Below, in pieces: positions 10,145 to 19,095 of a stretch of DNA of 36,584 nucleotides (positions are counted from its first letter, which is position 1; every line of letters starts with the position of its first letter). The translations under genes and the position numbers were made by a program. A model generated the notes under the pieces. It was not told where the DNA came from and ran no database searches. It saw only the letters and a program-made list of their open reading frames with translations. Source of the stretch: a virus (lineage: Duplodnaviria; Heunggongvirae; Uroviricota; Caudoviricetes). The stretch lies in IMG/VR virus record IMGVR_UViG_2718218304_000003; one strand, 5' to 3'.

Positions 10145-10711
10145 TCAGGGGGATTCATTGCTCTTATTTGCCGGAAATTTTCTATAAATTGTGGAAACAC
10201 CCACATCAAAAATCAGTGCAATACGCTGTCTTGATTCTCCGGCCTCGAGTAAACGTCCAATCTGTGCCCACTTTTCGGTGGTCAACTTAGGACGGCGTCC
10301 ACCTACTCTGCCTTTAGCACGAGCTGCAGCCAGCCCCGCCCTGGTACGTTCAACTATCAGTTCGCGTTCCATTTCAGCCAGGGCCCCCATGACATGAAAA
10401 AAGAAACGGCCCATTGGGGTGCTGGTATCAATACTGTCAGTCAGGCTTCGGAAATTCACGCCACGCTGGCGCAGCTCTTCTATCAGCGTAACGAGATGCC
10501 GCATACTGCGCCCCAACCTGTCCAGCTTCCAGACAACCAGAGTGTCACCTGCCGATAATGTCCTGAGCAGTTTTTTCAGTCCCGGTCTGTCGGACTTAGT
10601 GCCACTGATTTTGTCCTCAAAAATCCGCTCACATCCCGCGCAGTTCAGTGCATTACGTTGCAAATCGGTGTTCTGGTCATTTGTTGACACGCGTACATAG
10701 CCAATAAGCAT
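10145..10711 (-). CDS. site-specific DNA invertase, serine recombinase (Gin/Cin/Pin/Hin family)
   Basis: N-terminal catalytic motif GYVRVSTNDQ and near-collinear match to Gin/Pin (VVWKLDRLGRSM, SPMGRFFFHVMGALAEMERELI); start moved to MLIGYV. Confidence 0.9.
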   Translation of the reverse strand: MLIGYVRVSTNDQNTDLQRNALNCAGCERIFEDKISGTKSDRPGLKKLLRTLSAGDTLVVWKLDRLGRSMRHLVTLIEELRQRGVNFRSLTDSIDTSTPMGRFFFHVMGALAEMERELIVERTRAGLAAARAKGRVGGRRPKLTTEKWAQIGRLLEAGESRQRIALIFDVGVSTIYRKFPANKSNESP

Positions 10712-10766
10712 GATCAATCCCCTGAATAAAAACCGGGGATGATGCCAGTTAGCTGTTACCTCTGCA

Positions 10767-10792
10767 TTTTCTTAAACGTTGGTTTGGGAGAA
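10767..10792. other. invertase crossover site (left inverted repeat)
   Basis: TTTTCTTAAACG-TT-GGTTTGGGAGAA; its 12-bp right half is the exact reverse complement of the left half of the site at 12297-12322; 12-2-12 layout as in gix/cix/hix. Confidence 0.6.
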
Positions 10793-11146
10793 GCGGCAAA
10801 ACGAAATGTGGGTAACGAGCAAAACCAAATTCCGGATATGGCGGCGTTTGCCAGTTCACTTTCATCAACGGGTTTTCAAAAACTCCCTTCAGGTCTGATT
10901 ATTCAGTGGGGTATAGTCAGTGGAGCATCAAACTATACGGTGACTTACCCGGTAACATTCCCAAATCGTTCACTTGCGCTGTTGGCTGTACCACATACAA
11001 CGTCGGTGGCGGGTATATCTGCAATGGGCATAGCGAACTGTTCTGATATCAGCAAATCACAGTTCTATATAATTGTTGGCGGTATATCTCAGGGAGAAAT
11101 TGTCAAATATGAAAGATCCTGTTTTTGGGTAGCAATCGGTGTATAG
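10781..11146 (+). CDS. silent alternative tail-fibre C-terminal segment (Sv'-like), expressed only after inversion
   Basis: Open frame runs through the crossover site (..GLGE..) and ends ..IAIGV like the current H C-terminus; shares LIIQWG with it; no own start expected. Confidence 0.55.
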   Translation, partial: GLGEAAKRNVGNEQNQIPDMAAFASSLSSTGFQKLPSGLIIQWGIVSGASNYTVTYPVTFPNRSLALLAVPHTTSVAGISAMGIANCSDISKSQFYIIVGGISQGEIVKYERSCFWVAIGV

Positions 11147-11154
11147 GTATATCT

Positions 11155-11550
11155 ATGATTTATTTCTCAAAATCGACTAATGGTTTTTTCTTCGATGGTA
11201 TAAACAGTGACATGCCTGCTGACATTGTTGAGATATGTACAGACTTATACAATGAATTAATTGCCGGACAGCAGGAAGGGGGTAAATTAATTACGTCAGA
11301 TGAAAATGGTTTACCGGTACTAAAATCCCCGGCGATTGATTATGTCGCACGTGCGGAAAATCAGCGAATGCAGTTACTTGCTCATGCCGATAATGTCACA
11401 GCTGACTGGCGAGTGGAATTAATGCTTGGTGATATCAGCAGTACAGATAAAGAAAAACTATCCGCCTGGATGGACTACAAAAAAGAAGTAAAAGCCGTCG
11501 ACACTTCGACGGCTCCTGAGATTAGCTGGCCTGAGTTACCGGAGGTGTAG
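11155..11550 (+). CDS. tail fibre assembly protein (U'-like, for the alternative fibre)
   Basis: Follows the alternative fibre end; C-terminus (DTSTAPEISWPELPEV) parallels the oppositely oriented chaperone; start moved to internal Met. Confidence 0.7.
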   Translation: MIYFSKSTNGFFFDGINSDMPADIVEICTDLYNELIAGQQEGGKLITSDENGLPVLKSPAIDYVARAENQRMQLLAHADNVTADWRVELMLGDISSTDKEKLSAWMDYKKEVKAVDTSTAPEISWPELPEV

Positions 11551-11959
11551 GCCATTCAATATCTGGAGCACTGGAGGTATCCACCAGTTCCAGTGCGTCC
11601 AGGTAATCCAGCCACAAATTATATAGTGCCAGTTCCTCACCTTTCAGACGACCAATAGCTGCTTTGCCAGGCCATTGCTTACTGTTCATGTATTCGTTGG
11701 CCTGATTAAGCAATAATTGCCTTTCTGTTTCTGCCTGTTGAATAAGTTCTTCATGTGATGGTGGAGGTATTAGTGCCCATGTGGGTAATCCATTTTTTCC
11801 TGCAACACGAATTTTGTCATCTGGGGGCGTATTGATTGCAAATTCATTATAAACATCATCACTGACAGCCAGAGCATCATCTGGCCATGAATTTGCATTA
11901 ATGTAATCATCCTTAAGCGCAGGATTCACAAAAATGTTTAAAGATGGACTATAAAACAT
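11522..11959 (-). CDS. tail fibre assembly protein (G/U-like)
   Basis: 145 aa immediately downstream of H; C-terminus (DTSSAPDIEWPTPP) typical of this chaperone family. Confidence 0.75.
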   Translation of the reverse strand: MFYSPSLNIFVNPALKDDYINANSWPDDALAVSDDVYNEFAINTPPDDKIRVAGKNGLPTWALIPPPSHEELIQQAETERQLLLNQANEYMNSKQWPGKAAIGRLKGEELALYNLWLDYLDALELVDTSSAPDIEWPTPPVTQAS

Positions 11960-11960
11960 A

Positions 11961-13358
11961 TTACACCCCTATAGCGATATAACGACCTAATACAGCGTTT
12001 GCAGCAGTCGCTATGCTTGAAAAACCGCGGAACTGATTTGATGTAATTGCAGAAGCCGACAGGATTCCTGCGCCTGAAGGTGTATGCCCCACATGACTAA
12101 CTATCATTCCATAACATGCTGACGGAAAGGCAAAAGGAAAATCATTAAGATATCCGGCATCTTCACCACCAGACCCACCAAATCTCGCCTGCCCCCACTG
12201 AATAATCAGTGTTCTCCGGGAACCTGAAATAATTAACGGAATCGTTACATACCCATTCAGACCAATGACACCCGATGCAGTGCCAGCCAGAGATAATTCT
12301 CCCAAACCAAGGTATGCGAGAAGACCAGCTACATCCTTTCCACTCAAATTAGTCAGCGTATTGTCCAGCGGTTGTTTACCTGCTAGCGCATTAAGCATTG
12401 TCGTGGCAAAGTTCGGGTCATTCCCCAGCGCCGCCGCCAGTTCGTTCAATGTATCCAGTGCCGCAGGTGCAGAACCCACCATTCCTGCAATCGCCGATTT
12501 CACAAAAGCCGTAGTGGCAATCTGTGTATTGTTGACCGACTGTGCCGCAGTAGGTGCTGTTGGCGTTCCGGTAAGTGCCGGACTCGACAGCGGCGCTTTC
12601 AGTGCCAGCGCATTATTAATAGTGGTACTGAATTTCGGGTCATTGTTAATGGCTGCGGCAATTTCTTTCAGCGTGTCCAGCGTGGCTGGCGCACCATTAA
12701 TCAGGGTCGTCAGTGCCGCCTGAACAAACGCGGTCGTAGCAAGTTGCGTGGTATTATTCCCCACCGCTGGCGTTGGCGCTTTGGGGGTTCCGGTAAATGT
12801 CGGGCTGGCTTTTGACGCGTACTGTGAATGTGGGTCCTGTGCAGCAAGATGTTTTGCCATCAGGTCATCCACGTACACCTTCAGCTCCAGTACCTTGTCA
12901 TCCACATACTTGCGGGTTGCCAGCACTACGGCAGGGTCGATTTTCAGGGTGATATTGTCCGTGCTGCTGGTAATCAGCACCATGCGCACTGTCTGGGTAC
13001 GCCCGCTGCCTTCAGCCAGTTGCGGCTTATAGCTTTCCGGGCAGTTGCCCACGGCAATCAATGCCCCGGACTCATCAAACAGACCCACTTCACGTATCCA
13101 CCAACCGCCCTCGTTTTCAGGGATCACCTGTTCAGCAATAATCTGGCTGCTGTTCTGCGGGTCGATATAGAGCATATTCAGCGCAGCCCGGCGTTTCTCA
13201 TTTACTAATGCTGTCTGCTTTGCGCCCGGCGTTGGCAATGTTCCGCCGCCATCGCCGACCGCCATATGGGTAATTTTTAAAGGCACACCGAGCGCGGCGG
13301 CGCTGGCAAGTTTCGCCGCGCCAATATCCGTTAGCAGGGTATAAAATTTTGTGCTCAT
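11961..13358 (-). CDS. H: tail fibre protein gpH with invertible C-terminal domain
   Basis: 465 aa; N-terminus matches P2 H (GAAKLA, MAVGDGGG, ESYKP.LAEGSGR); internal imperfect protein repeats; crossover site lies in-frame at LLAYLGLGE. Confidence 0.85.
   Translation of the reverse strand: MSTKFYTLLTDIGAAKLASAAALGVPLKITHMAVGDGGGTLPTPGAKQTALVNEKRRAALNMLYIDPQNSSQIIAEQVIPENEGGWWIREVGLFDESGALIAVGNCPESYKPQLAEGSGRTQTVRMVLITSSTDNITLKIDPAVVLATRKYVDDKVLELKVYVDDLMAKHLAAQDPHSQYASKASPTFTGTPKAPTPAVGNNTTQLATTAFVQAALTTLINGAPATLDTLKEIAAAINNDPKFSTTINNALALKAPLSSPALTGTPTAPTAAQSVNNTQIATTAFVKSAIAGMVGSAPAALDTLNELAAALGNDPNFATTMLNALAGKQPLDNTLTNLSGKDVAGLLAYLGLGELSLAGTASGVIGLNGYVTIPLIISGSRRTLIIQWGQARFGGSGGEDAGYLNDFPFAFPSACYGMIVSHVGHTPSGAGILSASAITSNQFRGFSSIATAANAVLGRYIAIGV
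12297..12322. other. invertase crossover site (right inverted repeat, inside H)
   Basis: TTCTCCCAAACC-AA-GGTATGCGAGAA; partner of 10767-10792. Confidence 0.6.
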
Positions 13359-13960
13359 GGATTCACTCTCATTGTGTCAATAACATGGACCGCCCCGCCT
13401 TCATGCGCGGTGCCACCGGAAATAATTGTTTCGTTGATATACGGATAGATCGTGATTTCTTCGCCAAGATAGCTGGCGGCTCCCACCCAATGCGGGCCGC
13501 TGGTCTGCAGATTGATGGACATGCCGATCATGTGACGGCTACATGGTTTGGCATCGCTTATCAGTCGCTCAAGTTCCAGATAGGTATCTTCAGTGATGCC
13601 CTGATCCTGCACGCCGATATCCAGGCGAAACGTGCCTGGTGTTTCTCCGGTCTGCCACCACTCAATAATGCGGATCAGAAAGCCGAACGGCTCCACCACC
13701 CGCCGCACGGCACTGGTGGTTCCTTTATGCTGATGAATATAAAAAGCATCCTTCACCACCTGGCGTTTGACACTTTCTGTCCAGTCCTCGTCCCAGCGAT
13801 CCACAGAGAACGCCCAGGCGAGATAAGGCAGGAAACTGACCGGACAGGTCGTTGGATTCCACAAGTCACGCAGCGGCACCTGCAAATCAGAAATTCCGCT
13901 GCAGGTTTGCGCCAGTCGGCGCTCCAGTGAAGTTGAACCCGGTGGCAGCAGACTATTCAT
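13355..13960 (-). CDS. I: baseplate assembly protein gpI
   Basis: 201 aa; position between J and H as in P2. Confidence 0.85.
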   Translation of the reverse strand: MNSLLPPGSTSLERRLAQTCSGISDLQVPLRDLWNPTTCPVSFLPYLAWAFSVDRWDEDWTESVKRQVVKDAFYIHQHKGTTSAVRRVVEPFGFLIRIIEWWQTGETPGTFRLDIGVQDQGITEDTYLELERLISDAKPCSRHMIGMSINLQTSGPHWVGAASYLGEEITIYPYINETIISGGTAHEGGAVHVIDTMRVNP

Positions 13961-14861
13961 CCGTTCCTCCGTTGGTTACGCTCCACTGCGTACATGATGC
14001 CGCCTGTGTTTTGTTCAGGACCACATCCGCCAGCGGCGAAGCCAGCTCCACACGCTGCACACCCTCAACATGCAGGGCGGCAAAGATGGCGCTACGGCGA
14101 ATATCCCGGCCAAGACGCGTCTGACTGGCGATGTACTTCTGCAGACTGGCTTTTGCCGCTGCCATTACCGGCTCTGCTTCCGGTCCCGGATAGAGAAAAA
14201 TGGTGGCTTCCACGCGGTACGGGATGATTTCTGCGCTGCGAACCGTCAGACGGTCAGCCACCGGGCGGACGTTCTCACTGTTCAGAGCTTTTTCCACCAC
14301 GTCCAGCAGGTCTTTTTCTGCTGTTCCGTCGCCTTCGCGGCTCAGGACAGTCAGCACCACCTCTGCAGGTGCCGGACTGGTTGCACTGGCATCCGCCACC
14401 CGACCGTCGGCACTTCGGGCATGAAATTCATAAGCGGCAGTTGGCCCCGCAACTGAAAGCCCTTCAAAGGCTGCAGGCACACGCAGGCGTAACGCTTCAT
14501 CACTTTCCATCACAGCTGCAACGGGCGGCACAGCGTCATTATCAGCAGGCGTCACCGTCAGGCGTTTCACGTTGTAGTTGGCAGCGAGCTGGTCAAGATC
14601 GCTGCCCATCGCGTAAGCCACCATCACAGCCTGCGCGGCTTCGTTAATGCGCTGGCGCAGAAGCAACTCACGGTAAGCGTTCTCCTGCAGCAATTTGGTG
14701 ACGGGTTCAGATTCCAGTTCCAGCGTGCGGATCACTGCTTCCTGCTCATCTTTCGGATGAAGCGCCACAAATTCGGCCTTGCGTTCGGCAAGCAGCGTCT
14801 CAAAGTCCGGCACATCCACAATCTGCGGCGCAGGCAACTGCGAAAGGTCAATCACTGCCAT
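13953..14861 (-). CDS. J: baseplate protein gpJ
   Basis: P2 J-like throughout (IDLSQLPAP, RLGRDIR.SAI.AALHVEGVQRVELA); start moved to MAVIDL giving 302 aa, the P2 J length. Confidence 0.85.
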   Translation of the reverse strand: MAVIDLSQLPAPQIVDVPDFETLLAERKAEFVALHPKDEQEAVIRTLELESEPVTKLLQENAYRELLLRQRINEAAQAVMVAYAMGSDLDQLAANYNVKRLTVTPADNDAVPPVAAVMESDEALRLRVPAAFEGLSVAGPTAAYEFHARSADGRVADASATSPAPAEVVLTVLSREGDGTAEKDLLDVVEKALNSENVRPVADRLTVRSAEIIPYRVEATIFLYPGPEAEPVMAAAKASLQKYIASQTRLGRDIRRSAIFAALHVEGVQRVELASPLADVVLNKTQAASCTQWSVTNGGTDE

Positions 14862-15207
14862 TCTCTGCTCCTGTTGATACGGAAAGGGAAACAGGCACAC
14901 CGTTATTACGCCGCCCGGCCAGCTCCACCACCATAGAACCGTCAAAGTTGCTGTTGATGGTGATGGAATCCAGCGTCAGCCGTGGCTCCCAGCGACTCAG
15001 CGCCACATACACTGCCGACATGACCTGCAGGCGTAATGCCGGATTTTGTGGCTGGTCTATCAGTGCCGACAGCAGGGAACCATATTCCCGACGGGCAATG
15101 CGGCTACCCTGTGGCGTCAGCAGAATGTCCCGCACCGACTGGCGCAGATGGTCAATATCAGTAATGGCTTTGCCGCTGGTATTGTTCATCCCGCTATAAA
15201 GCGTCAT
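14848..15207 (-). CDS. W: baseplate wedge protein gpW
   Basis: 119 aa, P2 W-like (GSRIARREYGSLL, IDQPQ). Confidence 0.85.
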   Translation of the reverse strand: MTLYSGMNNTSGKAITDIDHLRQSVRDILLTPQGSRIARREYGSLLSALIDQPQNPALRLQVMSAVYVALSRWEPRLTLDSITINSNFDGSMVVELAGRRNNGVPVSLSVSTGAENGSD

Positions 15208-15782
15208 ACCGGTCCTCCGGTTGTGTCGCCGCCTTTCAGGACGCCAGTATGCTGATGCGCATCAACCACGATCCCGTTAGAACTCATCGCTCCGCCGCCC
15301 TGGGTAACGCCACCATTGATCACCACTTCGCTGTTAATGCGCGTGCGGTCAGCCTCCAGTACAAACTCACTGGTTTTCATGGTGATGTTGTCAGCGGCCT
15401 CAATGACCATTGATTTGATGCCCCTGACATACCAGCGCCCGGTGGCGGGTTCGTATTCAAACCAGCCACCGTCCGGGTACTCAACCACGTTGCCGTCCTC
15501 AGAATCTGAAGGTGGCGGAAACTGGTTTGAGTAGACCGCAGGCAGGGCAAACGCGGTTTCCAGATTGCCGCCCAGACTCAGCAGCACCACCTGCTCACCT
15601 TCCGATGGTCGCCACCATGTGCGGGCATTCCCGGCACGCAGCGTCAGCCAGCTGATCCAGTTGGTTTCAAGCTCGCCCGTTTTCACCCGGCAAAGCCAAT
15701 TCTCCCGGTCCACTTCGGTGACTACACCAGTGCGGATCAGGTTGGTGATAAGGCGCATGATTTCGGTTAATTGTGCGTTCAT
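15204..15782 (-). CDS. V: baseplate spike protein gpV
   Basis: 192 aa, P2 V-like N-terminus (LIRTG..TEVD) and glycine-rich C-terminus. Confidence 0.85.
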   Translation of the reverse strand: MNAQLTEIMRLITNLIRTGVVTEVDRENWLCRVKTGELETNWISWLTLRAGNARTWWRPSEGEQVVLLSLGGNLETAFALPAVYSNQFPPPSDSEDGNVVEYPDGGWFEYEPATGRWYVRGIKSMVIEAADNITMKTSEFVLEADRTRINSEVVINGGVTQGGGAMSSNGIVVDAHQHTGVLKGGDTTGGPV

Positions 15783-15828
15783 AGGGAAAGGTTGCCATCA
15801 GGGGAAGAAAGGCGGCAGTGCTGCAACT

Positions 15829-15846
15829 TGTATCAGTGCTGATACA
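15829..15846 (-). promoter_or_regulatory. candidate late-promoter activator site (TGT-N12-ACA) upstream of V
   Basis: TGTATCAGTGCTGATACA, near-perfect 18-bp palindrome between S stop and V start. Confidence 0.45.
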
Positions 15847-15850
15847 AAGA

Positions 15851-16297
15851 TCACCCCGCCAGCCATTGCAGAATCATGTCGCGGGTCATTGCCTCAACAT
15901 CATCATTTACACCCAGAAGGCGACGCTCTGCGTAACGGACCTCCGGTCCTTTGCGGCTGACGCGATCACGCAGGCCATAATGGTGAACGCGGGCAATGCT
16001 CTGCACCTTACCTTCAAACTGTACGCTGGCAGAATCCGCGCTGGCGGCGGTTTTCAGGTATTTTGTGGTGCGCAGCTTTGCAAACATCTGACGTTTGATG
16101 CGCCCTTTTTTACTTCGTGCTGTTACCCGTCGCGGCTCATAGCTGCTGCCGTCAGGGTTGCGCTGCATCCTGATATTCTGCTGCTGTGTCCGGCGCAGTT
16201 CCTGCGCCAGCTGGCGCATCATGCAGCTTCTGGCGGCTGGTTCCAGATTCGCCAGCAAGGCACTCAGCCAGTCGTCCACTTTCTGCAGTTCAGCCAC
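15851..16297 (-). CDS. S: tail completion protein gpS
   Basis: 148 aa, position and overlap with R as in P2. Confidence 0.8.
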   Translation of the reverse strand: MAELQKVDDWLSALLANLEPAARSCMMRQLAQELRRTQQQNIRMQRNPDGSSYEPRRVTARSKKGRIKRQMFAKLRTTKYLKTAASADSASVQFEGKVQSIARVHHYGLRDRVSRKGPEVRYAERRLLGVNDDVEAMTRDMILQWLAG

Positions 16298-16742
16298 GTT
16301 TCACCGTCCACTTTTCTTCAGGTTCATCGGGTTCCGCTACAGCTTCAACGCTCGACACACTGCCGTCAGTGCTGACCAGCACACGTTCCGTCAGTTGCAG
16401 GTTCAGGCTGATATCACAGACATCGTTGCGCAGAATATCCACCTCAAAGGTGAATAGTTTTTCCCGTAACGCCGGGTTATTGATGGCATCGGGCTGGTTA
16501 TCCCTCAGCCACAGCAAAACCGGGGCCATCAGCAGATTCTGGTCGCCGCTGAAATCCTCAATCACCGCGTTCAGGGTGTAACGGTACTCCCACGACATGG
16601 AGTTGGCCCCCGTGGCAACCAGCGAACCGTTATCCACAAACAGATGCAGTTTGTCCGGGTTATTGCGGACATAAGGCACCGCTTTATTGAGGGCGTGGCG
16701 CAGGGATTGTGGTTTGTTCACTGTTTCGCTCCTGACACGCAA
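16290..16742 (-). CDS. R: tail completion protein gpR
   Basis: 150 aa; P2 R-like (IFVDNGS, RYTLN, TDF.GD, LLWLR.NQPD). Confidence 0.8.
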   Translation of the reverse strand: MRVRSETVNKPQSLRHALNKAVPYVRNNPDKLHLFVDNGSLVATGANSMSWEYRYTLNAVIEDFSGDQNLLMAPVLLWLRDNQPDAINNPALREKLFTFEVDILRNDVCDISLNLQLTERVLVSTDGSVSSVEAVAEPDEPEEKWTVKRG

Positions 16743-16974
16743 TAATCATGTCCACTTTGTCTGCACAGACCGCCCAGGCGGCCTCCGTTTCATCCAGCAA
16801 CGCGTCCAGATCACCGTTAGTGCGCGGCGTTGCCTGCTCCAGCCGACACGGCGTCACTCGCGGACAACCACTGACGGTAAGCTGCACCTCCGGTGAGTGT
16901 CGGACGTTCCCGCAGCCGGATAATGTCAGCAGGCAAAGGAGTATCAGCCCAGCGGCGTAAATCCTCGTTCTCAC
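16684..16974 (-). CDS. lysC: outer-membrane spanin lipoprotein (LysC/Rz1-like)
   Basis: 96-aa ORF embedded in another frame of lysB and running into R; signal peptide with lipobox LSGC. Confidence 0.55.
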   Translation of the reverse strand: MRTRIYAAGLILLCLLTLSGCGNVRHSPEVQLTVSGCPRVTPCRLEQATPRTNGDLDALLDETEAAWAVCADKVDMIIACQERNSEQTTIPAPRPQ

Positions 16975-17245
16975 GTTTCAGCTCCTCGATCCGGTGTTGT
17001 CGTTGTCTCAGCAGCGCGCTGGTCTGTTCTGCTTCGGCATAGAGCCGCGCCTGCTCCCGGTTATTGGTTTCAGTCAGAATGGACAGGCTAATAAGCTGGC
17101 TGTTGCTCTTTGCCAGTGCCTGGCTTTTGCTCTGCAGCTCGTCTGACTGCGTGCTGATGGTCTGGCTGGCATCAGCCAGCCGCCACGTCTGCCAGCCCAG
17201 CGCCGCCAGTAATAACGCCAGCACAACCAGCAGCAACCGGTTCAT
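16817..17245 (-). CDS. lysB: inner-membrane spanin (LysB/Rz-like)
   Basis: 142 aa, N-terminal TM helix then coiled-coil; lysis cassette position. Confidence 0.65.
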   Translation of the reverse strand: MNRLLLVVLALLLAALGWQTWRLADASQTISTQSDELQSKSQALAKSNSQLISLSILTETNNREQARLYAEAEQTSALLRQRQHRIEELKRENEDLRRWADTPLPADIIRLRERPTLTGGAAYRQWLSASDAVSAGAGNAAH

Positions 17246-17619
17246 GCTGCTACCTGTTGCGCCATCTGATTACGGGTGATCCAGAAGGCAATAACGGTCA
17301 GCAGATAAAAGACCAGGGTAATAGCCCACCCCGTCCAGGCGAGACTTACGACAATCAGCAATCGCATCACCCAACTGATAAATACGTTTTCTTTTCGGGT
17401 AATTGTCTTCAGCAAAGATGCCCTTAACTCCTGCCAGAGCGGGCTATTCTTAATTAACGCAGCCAGTGCTACCGGAATTACCGCCCATGTCAGCAAACAG
17501 GCTACCCAAACGCCGGATGCTGCCAGTACCGGAAAAATCCCCTGCGGATACACCATTGCTGCGATTAACAACGCCATCCATAACATCAGAAACAGTCCGC
17601 TGATTAATTTCTTTTTCAT
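17242..17619 (-). CDS. lysA: lysis regulatory membrane protein (LysA-like)
   Basis: Multi-TM small protein between endolysin and lysB; start moved to MKKKLISG. Confidence 0.55.
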   Translation of the reverse strand: MKKKLISGLFLMLWMALLIAAMVYPQGIFPVLAASGVWVACLLTWAVIPVALAALIKNSPLWQELRASLLKTITRKENVFISWVMRLLIVVSLAWTGWAITLVFYLLTVIAFWITRNQMAQQVAA

Positions 17620-17620
17620 T

Positions 17621-18133
17621 TCAGTTTGCTCCCTGTAAACACCAGGCCATCTCCCGCGCACGGCGGTTATCCAGCCCCTGATTAAATACACCTTTTACAT
17701 AAACCCAGCGCGGCAACTGTCGGCACGCATCCGCCCAGCGCCGCTGATTGAGCAATTTCACCAGCGTGGAGCTGCAGGCATTGCCTGTCCCCACGTTGAA
17801 GGCAAACGACACCACCGAGTCATACACCTTTTGTGGCGGCTGTTGCTTCACACATCTTTCCAGCGCCCGCTCCACACGCAGCACGTTGGAGATAAGCCCT
17901 TCTGCTGCCTGTCGTTCCGTAATGGTTTTGCCGGGAATGACGCCCGACGTATTACCAATGCCGTCAGTCCATACACCCGCGATGCACTGATACGGCTGCA
18001 GACGACAGCCTTCGTAATCGGCAATCAGTTTCAGTCCTTCCACGGAGGTGTGAAGCTGCTGAAAACCCGGCAGCGTGGCAGCAATAGCCAGCACGGTCCC
18101 GACAAGGCAGCGTTTAACGATTGATGGATTCAT
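17621..18133 (-). CDS. K: endolysin, phage lysozyme gpK
   Basis: 170 aa (P2 K is 165); lysozyme-like sequence; follows holin. Confidence 0.85.
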   Translation of the reverse strand: MNPSIVKRCLVGTVLAIAATLPGFQQLHTSVEGLKLIADYEGCRLQPYQCIAGVWTDGIGNTSGVIPGKTITERQAAEGLISNVLRVERALERCVKQQPPQKVYDSVVSFAFNVGTGNACSSTLVKLLNQRRWADACRQLPRWVYVKGVFNQGLDNRRAREMAWCLQGAN

Positions 18134-18329
18134 AGTCCTCCCGCGTGATCTGCCCGTCGCGCAGAAGCTGGTAGGCTTTGTGTTTGTAGTACCAGTTGAT
18201 AGCCAGCATCAGCACACCGATCATCAGGCCGCCCAGCGTTGAGGCATCCTTGATGGACAAATCGCCCAGCCAGGCCAGCACGACGGCGATGCAATACGTG
18301 ATAAAGGCGCTGATTCGCTCAAGCGTCAT
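18114..18329 (-). CDS. Y: holin gpY
   Basis: 71-aa ORF with TM segments directly upstream of the endolysin; shorter than P2 Y, start uncertain. Confidence 0.65.
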   Translation of the reverse strand: MTLERISAFITYCIAVVLAWLGDLSIKDASTLGGLMIGVLMLAINWYYKHKAYQLLRDGQITREDYESINR

Positions 18330-18332
18330 AAT

Positions 18333-18536
18333 TCAGTCCCATAGCTGGACGGTCTGCACGGTGGTGGTGGTCGGAATGTCCGGCAGCTCCACCTGCAGCC
18401 CGTGAGGTAAAAAGGGGCCGTATTCGGCAAGCCCCGGATTTGCCTTCAGTACCTGCTCCGTGACACCCTGCGTGCGCCCGTAATGACGCCAGCAAAGCGC
18501 GTCCACCGTGTCATACTGATGCGCACGCACTTTCAT
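18333..18536 (-). CDS. X: tail protein gpX
   Basis: 67 aa, same length and position as P2 X. Confidence 0.75.
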   Translation of the reverse strand: MKVRAHQYDTVDALCWRHYGRTQGVTEQVLKANPGLAEYGPFLPHGLQVELPDIPTTTTVQTVQLWD

Positions 18537-19063
18537 CAGATAAGCTCCACTGTGCAGTGCGGCGCGTCCTGTACCCGGCTGATGGCCCAGCGGGCGTCAC
18601 GCCATAAATCACCGCTGGCTTCCGCCAGTTCCTCGCCCCGCTTCACACCGGATGCCGTGGCGTCATAGTCCTGGTAACGTTCGTTGAGCATGGCGCGTGC
18701 CCAGCAGTAAACCGCGTTGAAATAGTGCTGAATGCGCTCACTTTTGCCGTCCAGCTGTTCCGCCGGAACCTCTGCCAGCGAGGCATACCCCAGCATCTGC
18801 TGGCGTCTGCGAAACTCATACAGCTCTGCGTTGACCTCCGAAATTGCCGACAGCGCAACCTGCTTTAAACGCGGCTGCGTCACCGTGCCGTCAGTGCGCA
18901 TGACACAGCGAAACTCCGACAGGTCCACATCAGGCCAGAACGGCGTATTTCTGATGATTTCCGCCTGTTCCGGTGCCTGTTCTGGCGCAACAAACTTCAT
19001 GCTGCTTTCTCCTGAAATAGAGGGCGGTGGACGGGGTTTTGATGTGGCAGTGCCTTTCGCCAC
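18536..19063 (-). CDS. L: head completion protein gpL
   Basis: P2 L-like (NTPFWPD, ELYEFR, DLWRDARWA); start uncertain, an internal Met at 19000 is possible. Confidence 0.8.
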   Translation of the reverse strand: MAKGTATSKPRPPPSISGESSMKFVAPEQAPEQAEIIRNTPFWPDVDLSEFRCVMRTDGTVTQPRLKQVALSAISEVNAELYEFRRRQQMLGYASLAEVPAEQLDGKSERIQHYFNAVYCWARAMLNERYQDYDATASGVKRGEELAEASGDLWRDARWAISRVQDAPHCTVELI

Positions 19064-19095
19064 CCCGTGCCGCCCGTGCGCGGGGGCACGTTCTG

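Larger units (their letters stand above)
10781..12308. mobile_element. invertible tail-fibre host-range segment
   Basis: Bounded by the two inverted 26-bp crossover sites; contains the H variable 3' end, two oppositely oriented tail-fibre assembly genes and a silent alternative H 3' end. Confidence 0.6.
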
